Source: Guillardia theta CCMP2712 (lineage: Eukaryota; Protista; Cryptophyta). Taken from it: DNA of 64,000 nt. The notes under the pieces are model-generated. The model did not search any database, was not told the DNA's origin, and worked only from the letters and a program-made list of their open reading frames with translations. The number at the start of each line of letters is the position of its first letter. Position 1 is the stretch's first letter. A program made the position numbers and the translations under genes. The stretch lies in contig NW_005434666.1 in the NCBI RefSeq assembly GCF_000315625.1, forward strand, positions 729,877-793,876, given 5' to 3'. Positions 61,448 to 64,000 of the stretch are shown in pieces.

Positions 61448-61899
61448 CGGGCGGCTACCGCTGACTCGGCTACCGCTGACTCGGAGGCTAGCGAGGAGGA
61501 CTACCTCGAGCGGTACCGTGTTCCTGTGTCCAGCCTCCCTCCGTCCGCTGCCCGGACCCCCGGGCAGCGCCGGCCGCCCGCTTTGTGGCGGCAGCGGACG
61601 TCTCGACTGACAGTGGTCAGTCGGCTGCCTCCGGGTATTGCGTCTAAGGGATGTTATTCCTCCTGCATGCTCCTGCTGCTTGTCGCTTGATTGCTTGACC
61701 CTTAGGCTGCTTGTCTGCGCGGCTTCGCGCTTGGGCTGGCGGTGCCGCGTCTGGGTGCCAGCAGTGCTGGTTCTTTTCGGGCTTGTGTTTTGTGTGTGTT
61801 TGTGCAGCTTCTCGCTGTGGACTGTGTGCCTGGAGGTTTAGCTTGTTCCTGCTCTGTTTTGCTTGAGGCACTTTTTACCTTCTGCCAGTAAATCCTATG
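61448..61899 (+). mobile_element. 5'-truncated element copy, + strand
   Basis: Reverse complement of the ORF end/3' UTR; ends CTTTTTACCTTCTGCCAGTAAATCCTATG. Confidence 0.88.
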
Positions 61900-61929
61900 T
61901 TCGCAAACATCCAGACGGTGGCGCCGACG

Positions 61930-62676
61930 ACGGCGGCGCGGAGCTGGCGAGGCGTCTCCGTCCCTCACTGTGACGTCGGGTGCCTCCGGAGAGCTCGACA
62001 CCACTGGGGTGCTTGCTGCTGGTCCGAGCTCGCCTGCTTCCTCCCCGGCATCGGTCGGGTCACGCCGGTCCTTGGGCATTGCTGCGGCGTCGCCGCCGTC
62101 ACGGGCGGCTACCGCTGACTCGGCTACCGCTGACTCGGAGGCTAGCGAGGAGGACTACCTCGAGCGGTACCGTGTTCCTGTGTCCAGCCTCCCTCCGTCC
62201 GCTGCCCCAGGCGGACCCCCGGGCAACGCCGGCTCCTTGTCGGCGGCTGCCCTTTCTCCGTCCGCGGCCGCCCGCTTTGTGGCGGCAGCGGACGTCTCGA
62301 CTGACAGTGGTCAGTCGGCTGCCTCCGGGTATCGCGTCTAAGGGATGTTATTCCTCCTGCATGCTCCTGCTGCTTGTTGCTTGATTGCTTGACCCTTAGG
62401 CTGCTTGTCTGCGCGGCTTCGCGCTTGGTGGTTAGGATTTACTGGCAGAAGGTAAAAAGTGCCTGGGCTGGCGCTGCCGCGTCTGGGTGCCAGCAGTGCT
62501 GGTTCTTCTCGGGCTTGTGTTTTGTGTGTGATTGTGCAGCTTCTCGCTGTGTGCTGTGTGCCTGGAGGTTTAGCTTGTAGCTTGAGGCACTTTTTACCTT
62601 CTGCCAGTAAATCCTATTCTTGTTCCTGCTTTGTTTTGCTTGAGGCACTTTTTACCTTCTGCCAGTAAATCCTATG
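61930..62676 (+). mobile_element. 5'-truncated element copy, + strand, with two internal 3'-terminal micro-insertions
   Basis: Matches 59540-58906 in reverse complement; inserts at about 62429-62463 (antisense) and 62579-62618 (sense). Confidence 0.88.
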
Positions 62677-62749
62677 ACCCTTTGTCGGAGGTCTCCGACT
62701 CCGATGGGGGAAACATCCAGAGTGGAGCCGACGACCGGCGGCTGCTGGG

Positions 62750-63570
62750 GACACACTCGTACCTTTTTATTTCGCATCATTCTGCTCGCGTTGCTCGCTT
62801 TGAGCATCTGGAGATGGCTCGTTCGAAAGCATACACCGTGCCGATAGGCAGGCCTCCAAGTGTAATCCCGCCAGTCACCTCAAAGTGAAGAAGCTGAGTC
62901 TTGAGACGGCGCAAAACTTTCGAGAATCTCAAGCCTCTCGAGCCAAGAATCTCTCTCTTATGAAAGAGGCAAAGGTCAGCAGAGTGCTGGAGAGATAGGA
63001 GGCGAACAACCGGAGAGGCTCGGAAGACGGCAAGCTTGCACCTTCGTTGATGCTTCCATCAAAATAGTCGCGACTCGCCCTTCCCTCGATGGAGTCGAAG
63101 AGTGCCTGGCGGTCGAGGGAGTTGAAGGCGTTCTTTGCATCCCAACTACATCTTCATCATCGCCACGAGCGTGAAGAGGCAGGAGCGCGGACGCGGTTGG
63201 CGACCGAATCGCTCGAGGGTGAGACGAGAGGATGGATCTGCCTCCTCGACGAATGGCCGACAGGGCAGGAATCAGGAGGTCCGGCATCCGGCCAAGAAGG
63301 ACCCCTTGGAGGATGTGTTTGCAGTAGAGCTTCAAAGCTGCAGGATTACCAGAGAGGGGAGACAGGTCCGCAAAGGCGCTGTAGCGCTTGATCGCCTGAA
63401 TCAGGCTAGTGGTGTCGAGAATGTCAGTCAGATCCTGCTCCAGTGCCGCAAGCGCCTGCTGGGGGAGATGAGCCGCGGAAGCACTCCCCTAGGCAGGCGA
63501 CGCACCAGCAGGAAACTTCTCTTGTGCTTCAGCAAGAAGATCAGCAAGATTGTCAGCCTCGTAGATGCCT
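62750..63570 (-). pseudogene. Internally deleted non-LTR reverse transcriptase relic
   Basis: DAKNAFNSLDRQALFDSIEG (63082-63141; DxxNAFNS motif) and GGITLGGLPIGT (62837-62872; LGxPIG motif) lie only about 210 bp apart, with no QG or YxDD motif visible between them; frameshifts and stops are present. Confidence 0.75.
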
Positions 63571-63744
63571 GAGCTTAGCAGCGTCCGTACGCCAACTGAG
63601 TCTTTCGTCCGCTCGCAGAGGTGAGGGACAGGAGAGGCAACAGGCTCAGTCGGCCCTCTTGCCTTATGCGAGTAAATCTCTGCTGCTGCTGCTGCTGCCT
63701 TGGCTCTCTTGGAACAGTATTACTCAAGAGTTTTACTCGCATAC

Positions 63745-64000
63745 TCAAGCAGAAGAAAGCAGCAACAAGCAAAACCTTCACGCACACGTGACACATCACA
63801 CAGCGAGATAAAAGCTGCGCAACTAGCACTGCTGGCAACCAGGGAATGAGGGAAGCCGGGTATACAAGCAGGGAGGGGCAAGCGACAAGCACACCGGCAC
63901 AGCAGTGGACGTGAGCCCCTACACGCGATGGACCAAGAAAGGGCAGCCGCTAACACAGAGCCGGAGCTGCCCGTCTCAAGACGTAATGGTAGCATTTGGT
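63745..64000 (-). mobile_element. Diverged relative of the element's 3' UTR/ORF end
   Basis: CTCAAGCAGAAGAAAGCAGCAACAAGCAAAACC, AGCACTGCTGGCA, CCCTACACGCGAT and GAAAGGGCAGCCGC align by eye to the younger copies. Confidence 0.65.

Larger units (their letters stand above)
57560..64000. mobile_element. Nested cluster of fragments of an RLE-type (CRE-like) non-LTR retrotransposon, in both orientations
   Basis: Repeated near-identical 3' UTR/ORF-end segments, a zinc knuckle + RLE ORF, RT motif relics, and 13 copies of the 3' terminus. Runs off the window end. Confidence 0.88.

Noticed and set aside
57720-62676. True CRISPR array
   Set aside because: Spacing is irregular, repeats occur on both strands and vary in length, the repeat is contiguous with a retroelement 3' UTR, and there are no cas genes.

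Overview
Gene-dense eukaryotic nuclear DNA with many very short (about 40-55 nt) spliceosomal introns, microsatellite-swollen introns and signal-peptide-plus-Phe plastid-type leaders. This is most consistent with a cryptophyte-like alga (inference, not established). From 1 to 57.2 kb there are about 20 mostly housekeeping genes: organellar bL9, an LRR protein, NADH-cytochrome b5 reductase, an SLC35A nucleotide-sugar transporter, a PITAIRE CDK, REV7, NPL4, a SAM-PH-SPRY protein, ClpS, FCP1, a WD40...NACHT protein, an ankyrin protein, MFSD5 and several hypothetical genes. From 57.5 to 64 kb is a nest of an RLE-type (CRE-like) non-LTR retrotransposon. The element's exact, tail-less 3' terminus (core GGATTTACTGGCAGAAGGTAAAAAGT on +) occurs 13 times in about 5 kb. 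Several copies are only 11-51 nt long and are spliced almost precisely into other copies of the same element, with extra junction bases at one end and microhomology at the other. The result is a repeat/self-spacer array next to an intact zinc-knuckle-RLE nuclease ORF lacking an RT domain; this is the best candidate for an undescribed process. Gene models were spliced by eye, so exon boundaries and some starts are approximate.
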